From positions 9,592-73,591 of the forward strand of contig DAOUKR010000012.1 of the NCBI GenBank assembly GCA_034421095.1: a stretch of DNA of 64,000 nucleotides, written 5' to 3'. This DNA comes from Dehalococcoidia bacterium. Its GTDB lineage: Bacteria; Chloroflexota; Dehalococcoidia; Lucifugimonadales; JAGWBF01. Within the stretch, counting starts at the first letter, position 1; each line of letters starts with the position of its first letter. Positions 1 through 8,139 of this stretch are shown piece after piece. Below the pieces are notes generated by a model. The model saw nothing but the letters and a program-made list of their open reading frames with translations. It was not told the origin of the DNA and searched no databases. The translations under genes were made by a program, and so were the position numbers.

Positions 1-2
1 CC

Positions 3-620
3 AACGTCCTCACCGACTCCAACATCCGCGGCCTCTTGAAAGTGGTGGACGAGCAGATGGACAGCGTTAGCCGCGAGCAGCGCCAGAGGCTGGAGACCAT
101 CGAGGATGAGCTTGAAGATGTGAAGCGGAAGCTGGGTCGCATCTGGCACTTCATCGAGACGGTCGACAACGTTGAGATGACCGACGCCTCGAACCGCATC
201 CGGGAGCACCGGGACAGGCAGGAGCTCCTTGAGGAAGAGGCCGCTGATGCCAGAGCCATCCTGTCTCAGCGCAGTGCCGCCCTGGACGACGTCGAACCCA
301 TTGCGGCCTACGCTCAGGAGATGAGCGAGTTCCTGATGGGGAGCGAGCTCACCGAGCGCAGGGCTTTCATCGAGACCTTCGTCAAGGAGATCGTGGTGGT
401 GCCCGGAGACGCCCTGATGCGCTACACGATACCTATGCCTGAGGACAGCCGCCTACCAAGCGGGAACGCCGAGACGATGGCGCTGGACGGCTCAGTTCTG
501 TCTACCGTCAAAATTGGTGGAGCTGGAGGGACTCGAACCCTCTACCTCTTCAATGCCATTGAAGCGCTCTCCCTGATGAGCTACAGCCCCCTTTACACGT
601 ACAATATAGCAGAGGGATGA
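3..620 (+). CDS. Large serine recombinase, C-terminal portion (5' end lies upstream of the window)
   Basis: The frame is open from nt 3 (NVLTDSNIRGLLKVVDEQ...), so the start in the ORF track is not the true start. A coiled-coil-rich stretch (RQRLETIEDELEDVKRKLGRIW...) is followed by ERRAFIETFVKEIVVVPGD...MRYTIP, the usual C-terminal layout of large serine recombinases. The last ~35 codons run antisense through tRNA-Ala. Confidence 0.6.
   Translation, partial: NVLTDSNIRGLLKVVDEQMDSVSREQRQRLETIEDELEDVKRKLGRIWHFIETVDNVEMTDASNRIREHRDRQELLEEEAADARAILSQRSAALDDVEPIAAYAQEMSEFLMGSELTERRAFIETFVKEIVVVPGDALMRYTIPMPEDSRLPSGNAETMALDGSVLSTVKIGGAGGTRTLYLFNAIEALSLMSYSPLYTYNIAEG
515..590 (-). tRNA. tRNA-Ala (anticodon GGC), CCA encoded
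   Basis: The reverse complement is GGGGCTGTAGCTCATCAGGGAGAGCGCTTCAATGGCATTGAAGAGGTAGAGGGTTCGAGTCCCTCCAGCTCCACCA, which folds into a full cloverleaf. The anticodon loop is ATGGCAT (GGC), a G3:U70 pair (alanine identity element) is present, and the T-loop is GGTTCGAGTCC. Confidence 0.9.
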
Positions 621-652
621 AACCGTTGCAACGGCCTTGTTCAGAGCGCTAC

Positions 653-1924
653 TTACCTATTCGGGGCCGGGATGACATCGTACCCCGTATACGGTCGCAG
701 CACTTCGGGTATGACTATCGACCTGTCTTCCTGCTGACAATTCTCAAGTATAGATATGACAACTCTGGGGAGGGCCAGTCCCGACGCGTTAAGGGTATGC
801 GCGTATTCGGGGCGTGCCCCCGGCTGCGGCCTGTACCGTACATTCGCTCTGCGCGCCTGGAAATCGGTGCAGTTTGAGCAGGAGCTTACCTCCAGCCACT
901 CCTCGCATCCGGGGGCCCACATCTCTAGGTCATAAGACTTGGCGGAGGCGAACCCCATGTCTCCCGCGCATAGCTCCAACACCCGATAGGGCAACTCCAG
1001 TTGCCGACATACGTCCTCAACGTCGGCTAGCATCTTCTCCAGTTCAGCCCCTGAGGTCTCCGGCTCTACGAACTTGTACATCTCCACCTTGTCGAACTGA
1101 TGGACCCGCTTGATACCCCGGGTGTCTCTGCCTGCAGCCGCCTTCTCACGCCGGAAACAGGGGGTGTAGGCAGTGTAGTACAAAGGCAAGGTTTCCGGCG
1201 CAAGAATCTCATCTCGATGGAGGTTGGTCAGGGGGACCTCAGCGGTGGGAATTAGCCACAGGTCGTCTTCCTCGTCGTGGTACAGATTGCTACTGAACTT
1301 GGGTAAATTGCCTGAGCCTTCCATGACCTCTCGTTTTACCATGACAGGAGGGTAAATCTCCTTGTACCCATGCTCGGTAGTGTGAAGGTCCAGCATCCAG
1401 TTGATGATGGCTCGCTCAAGTTTGGCCCCCATACCGGCGAGGATGAAAAACCGGGAGCCTGAGAGCTTGGCACCACGCTGGAAGTCTATGATTCCCAGTT
1501 GCTCGCCTAGCTCCCAATGGGGACGGGGAGCGAAATCAAAGGAGCGAGGTTTTCCCCAGGTCCGCAACACTAGATTGTCCTCTTCTCCAAGGCCGGGGCG
1601 CACGTCGTCGCGGGGCAGATTGGGAAGCTCTAGGAGAAGACCATGGATGTTGGTTTCAAGCTCAGCCACTTCTTGCTCGAAGATCTTAATCTCGTCTCCC
1701 AACCTGCGTAGCTCGTCAACAAGGTCCGTGGGGCGCTCAGCCATCTGAGCTATCCGCTTGCTGGCCTCGTTGCGATGTGCCCGGAGTTCGTCACCTTTCT
1801 GTATAATCTGTCGGCGTCGGCGGTCCATCTCTGCGAGCCTGTGTATGGGAATATCTTCGCCACGCTTGAGAAGGGCCTGACGCACATATTCAGGGTCTTT
1901 CCTGATTAATTCAATCGAGAGCAT
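653..1924 (-). CDS. serS: Seryl-tRNA synthetase
   Basis: 423 aa. The N-terminal coiled-coil arm (MLSIELIRKDPEYVRQALLKRG...) and class II core motifs (TAEVPLTN, FRRE, GLALPRVV) are typical of SerRS. Confidence 0.95.
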   Translation of the reverse strand: MLSIELIRKDPEYVRQALLKRGEDIPIHRLAEMDRRRRQIIQKGDELRAHRNEASKRIAQMAERPTDLVDELRRLGDEIKIFEQEVAELETNIHGLLLELPNLPRDDVRPGLGEEDNLVLRTWGKPRSFDFAPRPHWELGEQLGIIDFQRGAKLSGSRFFILAGMGAKLERAIINWMLDLHTTEHGYKEIYPPVMVKREVMEGSGNLPKFSSNLYHDEEDDLWLIPTAEVPLTNLHRDEILAPETLPLYYTAYTPCFRREKAAAGRDTRGIKRVHQFDKVEMYKFVEPETSGAELEKMLADVEDVCRQLELPYRVLELCAGDMGFASAKSYDLEMWAPGCEEWLEVSSCSNCTDFQARRANVRYRPQPGARPEYAHTLNASGLALPRVVISILENCQQEDRSIVIPEVLRPYTGYDVIPAPNR

Positions 1925-1995
1925 ATAAGGCTGTCTGAGTATCCTGTGAGTAGTCTATGGTAGGAATTGTTATTCTATCGGTAACGTCCTTCAGG

Positions 1996-3525
1996 TCAAG
2001 CCTGTTTGACGGGTCGCATCTGTGGGAAAAGCACTGCATCCCTTATACTGGGCTGGCCCGTGAGCAGCATTACCAGCCGGTCTATACCTACGCCGAGACC
2101 CCCGGTGGGCGGCATACCGTACTCTAGTGCCAGGAGAAAGTCTTCATCCAATCGATCAACTTCCTCGTCTTTATAGAGCAGTCTTAGCTCTTCCTGGGCG
2201 AGGAAACGTTCCCTTTGAAGGTCGGGGTCGTTAAGCTCGGTATAGGAGTTTGCTATCTCCATGCCGGCGGCAAAGCCCTCGAACCTTTCCACATATCCTT
2301 GGACGTCGGGTTTTGGTTTGGCCAAGGGAGACATTTCCTCGGGATAGTCTACCAGGAAAGTGGGTTGGATGAGGTGAGGCTCCACAAACACCGACAGGAG
2401 CTTGTCTATAAGCCTCCCTCGACTCTCTTGCGCTCTTACTTCGACCCCCAGTTCCCGCATCCTGGAACCCAGAGAGGCAGCTGAGGGGTATTTTTCTATG
2501 TCTACCCCGCTTCTCTGGTAAAGCTCTTCTCTCAAGGAGACGCGTCTCCAGGGAGGTGTCAAGTCTATGGTGTGCTCCTGGTATTCCACCTGACGCGTGC
2601 CGAGGGCCTCAATAGCAGAGGTGGAGACCATCTCTTCCACCATACACATCACGTCATTGTAGTCTGCGTAAGCTTCGTAGCTCTCCAGAAGGGTAAATTC
2701 CGGGTTGTGGTCTTGGTCAATTCCCTCGTTTCTGAAGACTCTGCCCAACTCATACACCTTGTCAAGGCCGCCTACGATAAGCCGTTTGAGATAAAGCTCG
2801 GTTGCTATTCTCAGATAGAGGTCCTGGTCAAGAGCGTGGTGGTGTGTGATAAATGGTCTGGCCAGAGCACCGGCGGCCACGGGCACCAGGATAGGCGTAT
2901 CTACCTCGATGAACCCCCGTCCATTCAGAAAGGACCGTATCGAGTTGATAATCTTGCTACGCTGGAGAAAAGCAGTCTTCACTTCCGGGTTGGAAATGAG
3001 GTCCACGTAGCGTTGGCGATACCTCTGTTCAATGTCACGCAGGCCGTGCCACTTTTCCGGCAGCGGTCTCAGCGATTTTGACAGGACTGTAATCTCCTGC
3101 GCTTCTACGGTTATCTCGCCGGTGCGGGTGCGAAATAGGGGTCCACTTACACCCAAGAAATCCCCCAGGTCCAACTCCTTCACTAGCCGGTACTGGTCCT
3201 CCAGGACGTCACGTCTCAGATGGGCCTGAATCCTGCCGGCACCGTCTCTGAGGTCCAGGAATGAGGCTTTACCCATAACCCGCATTGACATAATACGTCC
3301 GGCGACGGAGATGGGTGCGGCACGAACACCTTCTCCTTGCTTCTTCTCCTCATCCTGGAACAGGGCCACGGCTTCAAGGGAGGTACAGGTCCTGTGATAA
3401 CGTTGAGGAAAGGGATCAATTCCCTGCTGGCGAAGGTGTTCCAGCTTGTCCCGACGACTAAGAAGAAGCTCTTCTCCTCGTTCTGGCATAGGATGACAAT
3501 CCTTGTCTTGAGCTTGTAAGGCCAC
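1996..3525 (-). CDS. lysS: Lysyl-tRNA synthetase, class II
   Basis: 509 aa with an N-terminal OB anticodon-binding domain and a class II core (RNEGID..HNPEFT, GGLGVGIDRLVMLL). The true start may be the internal MPERGEE (about nt 3489). Confidence 0.93.
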   Translation of the reverse strand: MALQAQDKDCHPMPERGEELLLSRRDKLEHLRQQGIDPFPQRYHRTCTSLEAVALFQDEEKKQGEGVRAAPISVAGRIMSMRVMGKASFLDLRDGAGRIQAHLRRDVLEDQYRLVKELDLGDFLGVSGPLFRTRTGEITVEAQEITVLSKSLRPLPEKWHGLRDIEQRYRQRYVDLISNPEVKTAFLQRSKIINSIRSFLNGRGFIEVDTPILVPVAAGALARPFITHHHALDQDLYLRIATELYLKRLIVGGLDKVYELGRVFRNEGIDQDHNPEFTLLESYEAYADYNDVMCMVEEMVSTSAIEALGTRQVEYQEHTIDLTPPWRRVSLREELYQRSGVDIEKYPSAASLGSRMRELGVEVRAQESRGRLIDKLLSVFVEPHLIQPTFLVDYPEEMSPLAKPKPDVQGYVERFEGFAAGMEIANSYTELNDPDLQRERFLAQEELRLLYKDEEVDRLDEDFLLALEYGMPPTGGLGVGIDRLVMLLTGQPSIRDAVLFPQMRPVKQA

Positions 3526-3528
3526 AAG

Positions 3529-3996
3529 TTAATTGATTTCGGAAATCTCCAGCCTTATTTTGCCTGCTGGTATACTGACTTCCGCAATGTCGCCGACACG
3601 TTTGCTCAGAAGTGCTTTTCCTATCGGCGAAACGTTGGAAATCTTACCCTGTGCGGGGTCAGCTTCGGTACTGCCGACAATTGTGTATTCATACCTCCGG
3701 CCCTCCGGGTTGACAACAGTAACCTTGGAGCCAACATGGACCGTGTCGGAGGGGCCGTGTTCCTGGGAGATGATGATAGCATTGTTAATCAGGTTTTCCA
3801 GAGTCAAGATACGGCCTTCGATGAAGGCCTGCTCGTTTTTGGCCTCGTCATATTCGGCATTATCTACCGTGCCACCAATCTCTTTGGCCTTTTGGATTCG
3901 CTCGGCGACTGACTGACGACGGAGGGTGCGAAGCTCCTCAAACTCAGTTCTCAAGTTAGACAGTCCCTCGGTGGTCAAATAATGCGGCTGGGTCAT
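3529..3996 (-). CDS. greA: Transcription elongation factor GreA
   Basis: MTQPHYLTTEGLSNLRTEFEEL...ISNVSPIGKALLSKRVGD is a classic GreA sequence. I moved the start to the ATG at 3996 because a GGAGGG RBS lies just upstream; the 39-codon extension in the ORF track looks non-coding. Confidence 0.9.
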   Translation of the reverse strand: MTQPHYLTTEGLSNLRTEFEELRTLRRQSVAERIQKAKEIGGTVDNAEYDEAKNEQAFIEGRILTLENLINNAIIISQEHGPSDTVHVGSKVTVVNPEGRRYEYTIVGSTEADPAQGKISNVSPIGKALLSKRVGDIAEVSIPAGKIRLEISEIN

Positions 3997-4247
3997 GGCA
4001 CTCCCTCCACAAGAAAGACAAAAAGACTGAGAGCCTGTACAGCAGGCAATATCCCAGTCAACTTGAATTTTAACCCAGCATAGGACGGTTGTAAAGACTC
4101 CGGTAATGGGCAAGAAATGATACCACGCCTAGAGGCGTGTCCTGGTTTCACCCGGCATCCTTGTCATAGCCTCGTGTGTCGTATAATATTAGGAGCACAC
4201 AATAATGAGGTAAGCTCTACATCTTCGCTCCACAAGGAGGACATAGC

Positions 4248-5660
4248 ATGGTGAGTGTTAATGACGGAAATGGCCTGACTACCAAACTTGCAAGTTTCTA
4301 CTCTGCCCTGGACTATGAAGCTCTATCTCCCCAGGTTGTGGATAGGGCCAAGTATTTCTGCCTGGACTATCTGGCTGTGGCGCTCAGAGGGTCCACTACC
4401 CCTTCCTCGGCCTCCATGCAGAAGGTGGTGCGGACCCTGAGCCCCGGTGGTGACTCGGTCATTATGGGTACTTCCTTCCGTGCATCACCGGAATACGCGG
4501 CCCTCGCAAATGGGACCGCTGCACACAGCCTGGAGATGGACGACGTAAACAACGATTCGTCGCTGCACCCGGGGGTAGCCGTGTTCCCGGCGATATTCGC
4601 TTGTGGCGATCTCGTAGAGTCACAAGACCGAGCGCCCATACAAGGCCGGGATGTGATAGTGTCCACTGCGACAGGGTATGACCTGATGATTAGGCTAGGC
4701 AGAGCTCTTGACCCTCGTAAGCACTATGCCAGGGGCTTCCATCCCACCGGCACGTGTGGGACCTTCGCGGCAGCACTGGTAGCCTCTAATCTGCTAGGTC
4801 TGGATACTGAACGGACTTCATGGGCACTGGGAATCGCCGGAAGCCAGGCCGCCGGCTCACTGGAGTTTCTTGCCCAAGGGGCCTGGACGAAACGGATGCA
4901 CCCCGGATGGGCCGCCCACAGCGGCCTCGTTGCCGCAATAATGGCCAAGGAGGGGTTTATCGGCCCGACCTCCATACTGGAGGGACGCGATGGCTTCCTG
5001 CACGGCTACTCCGACGCCTCCGACGTTGCCAAGACCGATGAAGGTCTCGGAGACGTATTTTACATAAATAAGACCAGCATCAAGCCCCATGCCTGCTGCC
5101 GCTACAATCAAGGCCCCATAGACTGCATCCTGGACATTGTGCACACCAATAACCTCAAACCCCAGGAGGTGGAGAAGGTTAAAGTAGGGGTGCTCAAGGC
5201 TGGCTTCAACGTTGTCGCCGCTCCCGAAGAGCAGAAGCGCAATCCCAAGAACGTGATTGATGCCCAGTTCAGTATGCCATTCGGAGCCGCCATAGCTATC
5301 ACTTACGGGCAGGCTTCCCTGGACGAGTATACGGAGGATATGTTGGGACGGTCCGACATCAAAGACCTTATGAATAGGGTCGAGTGTGTACAGGACCCTG
5401 CCCTTGAGGTGAACTATCCGAGCCAGTGGCCCGCATGGGTCGAGGTGGAGACACGGGATGGCCGCACGCTAAAGTCACAGATCGAATATCCCAAGGGAGA
5501 CCCGGAGAACGCCCTCTCATGGGACGAGCTAAAAGATAAGTTCCGGAATCTCACCCAACCGGTCATCTCGCCCAGCCGGCAGGAAGAAATAATAAATGCC
5601 GTAGATTCCCTTGAAGCTCTGGATGACGTCAGGGTGCTGGCCCGCATGACCAGCGCTTAG
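4248..5660 (+). CDS. MmgE/PrpD family protein (2-methylcitrate dehydratase-like)
   Basis: 470 aa. The N-terminus (...LSPQVVDRAKYFCLDYLAVALRGS) and overall length fit the MmgE/PrpD family. AAGGAGG RBS. Confidence 0.85.
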   Translation: MVSVNDGNGLTTKLASFYSALDYEALSPQVVDRAKYFCLDYLAVALRGSTTPSSASMQKVVRTLSPGGDSVIMGTSFRASPEYAALANGTAAHSLEMDDVNNDSSLHPGVAVFPAIFACGDLVESQDRAPIQGRDVIVSTATGYDLMIRLGRALDPRKHYARGFHPTGTCGTFAAALVASNLLGLDTERTSWALGIAGSQAAGSLEFLAQGAWTKRMHPGWAAHSGLVAAIMAKEGFIGPTSILEGRDGFLHGYSDASDVAKTDEGLGDVFYINKTSIKPHACCRYNQGPIDCILDIVHTNNLKPQEVEKVKVGVLKAGFNVVAAPEEQKRNPKNVIDAQFSMPFGAAIAITYGQASLDEYTEDMLGRSDIKDLMNRVECVQDPALEVNYPSQWPAWVEVETRDGRTLKSQIEYPKGDPENALSWDELKDKFRNLTQPVISPSRQEEIINAVDSLEALDDVRVLARMTSA

Positions 5661-5714
5661 GGCTTAAGGGGGGAATGGGGGCAAGAAGAGTCCCCCAAGC
5701 CCGGAGGAAATGCT

Positions 5715-6914
5715 GTGAGTATGCCACTGGAAAGCATTCGTATACTTGACCTCTCCCAGGCCCTTGCAGGACCGGTATCCACTCGTATTCTGGGAGACCT
5801 TGGCGCAGAGATAATCAAGGTAGAACCTCCTGGTGTCGGCGAGTCGGCCCGCCGCATGGGGACCTCCTTTCTCGAAGGCGAGAGCATGTACTACATGACC
5901 TTCAACCGGAACAAGAAGGGAATCACCCTGAACCTGCGGTCAGATGAAGGCCGGAAGATTTTTTACGGCTTGGCGCAAGTCTCGGACGTCGTTCTTGACA
6001 ATTTCAGGCCCTGGGTCACCACCCGCCTGGGTGTGGACTTTGAAACCTTGAAGAAGGTTAATCCTGCAATTGTCTGTTGCTCCATATCAGGATACGGACG
6101 GGACGGACCGTATAGAGACCGGCCCGTCTTCGATTCGGTAATCCAGGGCCTATCGGGGGCTATGAGCGTGACCGGTGAGCCGGACGGGCCGCCCGCAGTG
6201 ATGGGGTTCGCAGTGACAGACATAGGTGGTGGCTGGGGTGCCACCGTAGGCATCCTCGCGGCCCTGATGGCTCGGGAGCGAACCGGAGAGGGGCAACAGG
6301 TGGACTTGGGCCTTCTTGACATACAGCTTACCTATCAGGGACATCTCTCGGAGATGTATCTAGCCAGGGGCGCGATTCCCGGTCCCGGCGGCTCAGTTCA
6401 GTCTGCCAACCTGCCCAACGGGGCCTTCCGCGCCAAAGACGGCAGGTATCTCCAGATTCACTGCGCTACACAGAAATTCTACGAGGCCCTTGCCGAAATG
6501 CTGGCCGCCAACGTAGATGGTTTTGAGGAGCTGCCTAAGGATGAGCGGTTCATCTCCATAGATGGCCGAAGGAATAACTGGGATGATTTGAAGGTCTTGT
6601 TGGAAAAGGCCTTTGCCACCAAAACCGCCGACCAGTGGATGGAGTTGATGGGAGATGAGTTACCCATAGCTCCGGTCAACAACATAGAAGAGGCATTCCA
6701 CGACCCCCAGGTCCTCCACAGAAATATGCTGGTGGAGGCGGAGCATCCCCTGGTGGGCAGGTACAAGATGCCCGGCAACCCCATAAAGATGGGCCAGGAG
6801 GAGACCTTCCTGCCAGCGCCCACCTTGGGACAGCATAACCGGCTGGTTCTGGGAGATGTGCTGGGATACTCAGAGAAGGAAATCGAGGAATTTACCGAGA
6901 AGGGCATCATCTAG
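5715..6914 (+). CDS. Class III CoA-transferase (CaiB/BaiF family)
   Basis: The N-terminus IRILDLSQALAGPVSTRILGDLGAEIIKVEPP is the signature start of family III CoA-transferases. Confidence 0.87.
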   Translation: MSMPLESIRILDLSQALAGPVSTRILGDLGAEIIKVEPPGVGESARRMGTSFLEGESMYYMTFNRNKKGITLNLRSDEGRKIFYGLAQVSDVVLDNFRPWVTTRLGVDFETLKKVNPAIVCCSISGYGRDGPYRDRPVFDSVIQGLSGAMSVTGEPDGPPAVMGFAVTDIGGGWGATVGILAALMARERTGEGQQVDLGLLDIQLTYQGHLSEMYLARGAIPGPGGSVQSANLPNGAFRAKDGRYLQIHCATQKFYEALAEMLAANVDGFEELPKDERFISIDGRRNNWDDLKVLLEKAFATKTADQWMELMGDELPIAPVNNIEEAFHDPQVLHRNMLVEAEHPLVGRYKMPGNPIKMGQEETFLPAPTLGQHNRLVLGDVLGYSEKEIEEFTEKGII

Positions 6915-6977
6915 CGGGCAGTGGATGCGGTGAGAGTCCTGCATACTTAATATAACACAACGGCCCCGGAGGTATTC

Positions 6978-7181
6978 ATGCCCGTATACGAATACTACTG
7001 CAACCGATGCGAGCGCAAGTACGACTCGATGCGGCCCATGTCCAGGAGAGACGACCCCGCTCCATGCCCAGCCTGTGGTGGTCCCGGAGAACGTCAGTTG
7101 TCAGCCTTCGGCTTCAAATACGAGGGCCACTACTACTCAGGACACAGAAGCGAGCGCAGACGCACCGACCCCCATGACTAG
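6978..7181 (+). CDS. FmdB-family zinc-ribbon protein (paralogue 1)
   Basis: MPVYEYYCNRCERKYD...APCPACGG has the CxxC...CxxC ribbon and the MPxYEY start typical of the FmdB/CxxC_CxxC_SSSS family. GGAGG RBS. Confidence 0.75.
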   Translation: MPVYEYYCNRCERKYDSMRPMSRRDDPAPCPACGGPGERQLSAFGFKYEGHYYSGHRSERRRTDPHD

Positions 7182-7225
7182 CATCACACTAGCAGGTCAC
7201 AGCTAGCGAGATACGGGAGGCCCTG

Positions 7226-7447
7226 ATGCCTGTGTATGAGTATTATTGCGACGCCTGCCAGCACCGATATGAGACAATACGAGCGGTGTCGAGGATGGAC
7301 GAACCGGCACCGTGCCCCAAGTGTGGCGAGCCGGGACGCCGACAGCTGTCGGCATTTGGGTTCAAGGATGGACGTTACGGCCGCTTCTGGAGGGCCGGCG
7401 CACCCGCCACCTCCTCACCCAAACCTGAAGAGGGACCGACGGAATAG
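7226..7447 (+). CDS. FmdB-family zinc-ribbon protein (paralogue 2)
   Basis: MPVYEYYCDACQHRYE...APCPKCGE is a tandem paralogue of the previous gene. It is diverged at the nucleotide level. Confidence 0.75.
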   Translation: MPVYEYYCDACQHRYETIRAVSRMDEPAPCPKCGEPGRRQLSAFGFKDGRYGRFWRAGAPATSSPKPEEGPTE

Positions 7448-7539
7448 GATGAGACAAGTCCATTACAATTGACAAACGGTCCACCACGCCGTCTTCTTAG
7501 AGAATGGATAGAAGGAAGGCCCAGCGGGCGATCTGTGAC

Positions 7540-7568
7540 TTGACCAGCCGCCTCGCACGGTATATAGT
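7540..7568 (+). promoter_or_regulatory. Sigma-70-like promoter candidate for the 7712-9366 cassette
   Basis: TTGACC (7540-7545), a 17-nt spacer, then TATAGT (7563-7568), about 145 nt upstream of the ATG at 7712. Confidence 0.4.
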
Positions 7569-7711
7569 GACGCCGCTACGGGATCTACAAGGAACCTCAG
7601 TAAGAGCCGAGCTTATGCATCTGGCTCACTGACTTGTCGCTAGTTGTAAAGAAGGGCAAACCTTATAGCATCGCTTGAAGTATCAGAAACTTGTGACATA
7701 GGTGGCGGCAG

Positions 7712-8128
7712 ATGACGACAAAACTGAGCTTTCCATCGGATTTCCCCGAAAATTGTCCACCAACCGATGCTATCGCTCCAAGTGGAACTTACTACCGCAT
7801 CGTGAGACAGAACCCACCGGTAAGTAGGGATTTCACTCCCAAGTTTCGGGAGGATGAACGCCAAGCCAGAAGACAGGTGAGAAACAGACACTACACATTA
7901 TGCGAAACGATGGGTCTATCAATGTTCAGAGAGATGGAACACGTCATTCAATGCGCCATGCAATTTCCGAAATTAGGTGGTTTCATAGCAGAGATGCAAC
8001 TTGGCTCCCAACATGGCAGAATCAAGCTGACAGGCAGAAGAGGGGATTCTCATCATACCTGGTGGCTGCCGAACGATTGTGAGCCCTTGGGCCTCATAAC
8101 AGACGCCCGGCCCGTCCAGGCAATGTAG
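7712..8128 (+). CDS. Hypothetical protein (138 aa), first gene of an orphan pair
   Basis: Long ORF with plausible codon usage. I recognise no motif (FPENCPPTDAIAPSGTYYRIVRQNPPVSRDF...GLSMF...HHTWW). The next ORF follows after 11 nt. Confidence 0.55.
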   Translation: MTTKLSFPSDFPENCPPTDAIAPSGTYYRIVRQNPPVSRDFTPKFREDERQARRQVRNRHYTLCETMGLSMFREMEHVIQCAMQFPKLGGFIAEMQLGSQHGRIKLTGRRGDSHHTWWLPNDCEPLGLITDARPVQAM

Positions 8129-8139
8129 GCGGCCAGACT

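Noticed and set aside
3997-4113. 39-codon N-terminal extension of the greA ORF in the track (similar extensions occur on 18614-19783, 23170-23598, 52678-53478, 45178-45969 and 42479-43339).
   Set aside because: The extensions are Cys/Trp-rich or otherwise atypical and lack an RBS. The internal starts have strong SD sequences and match the family N-termini.
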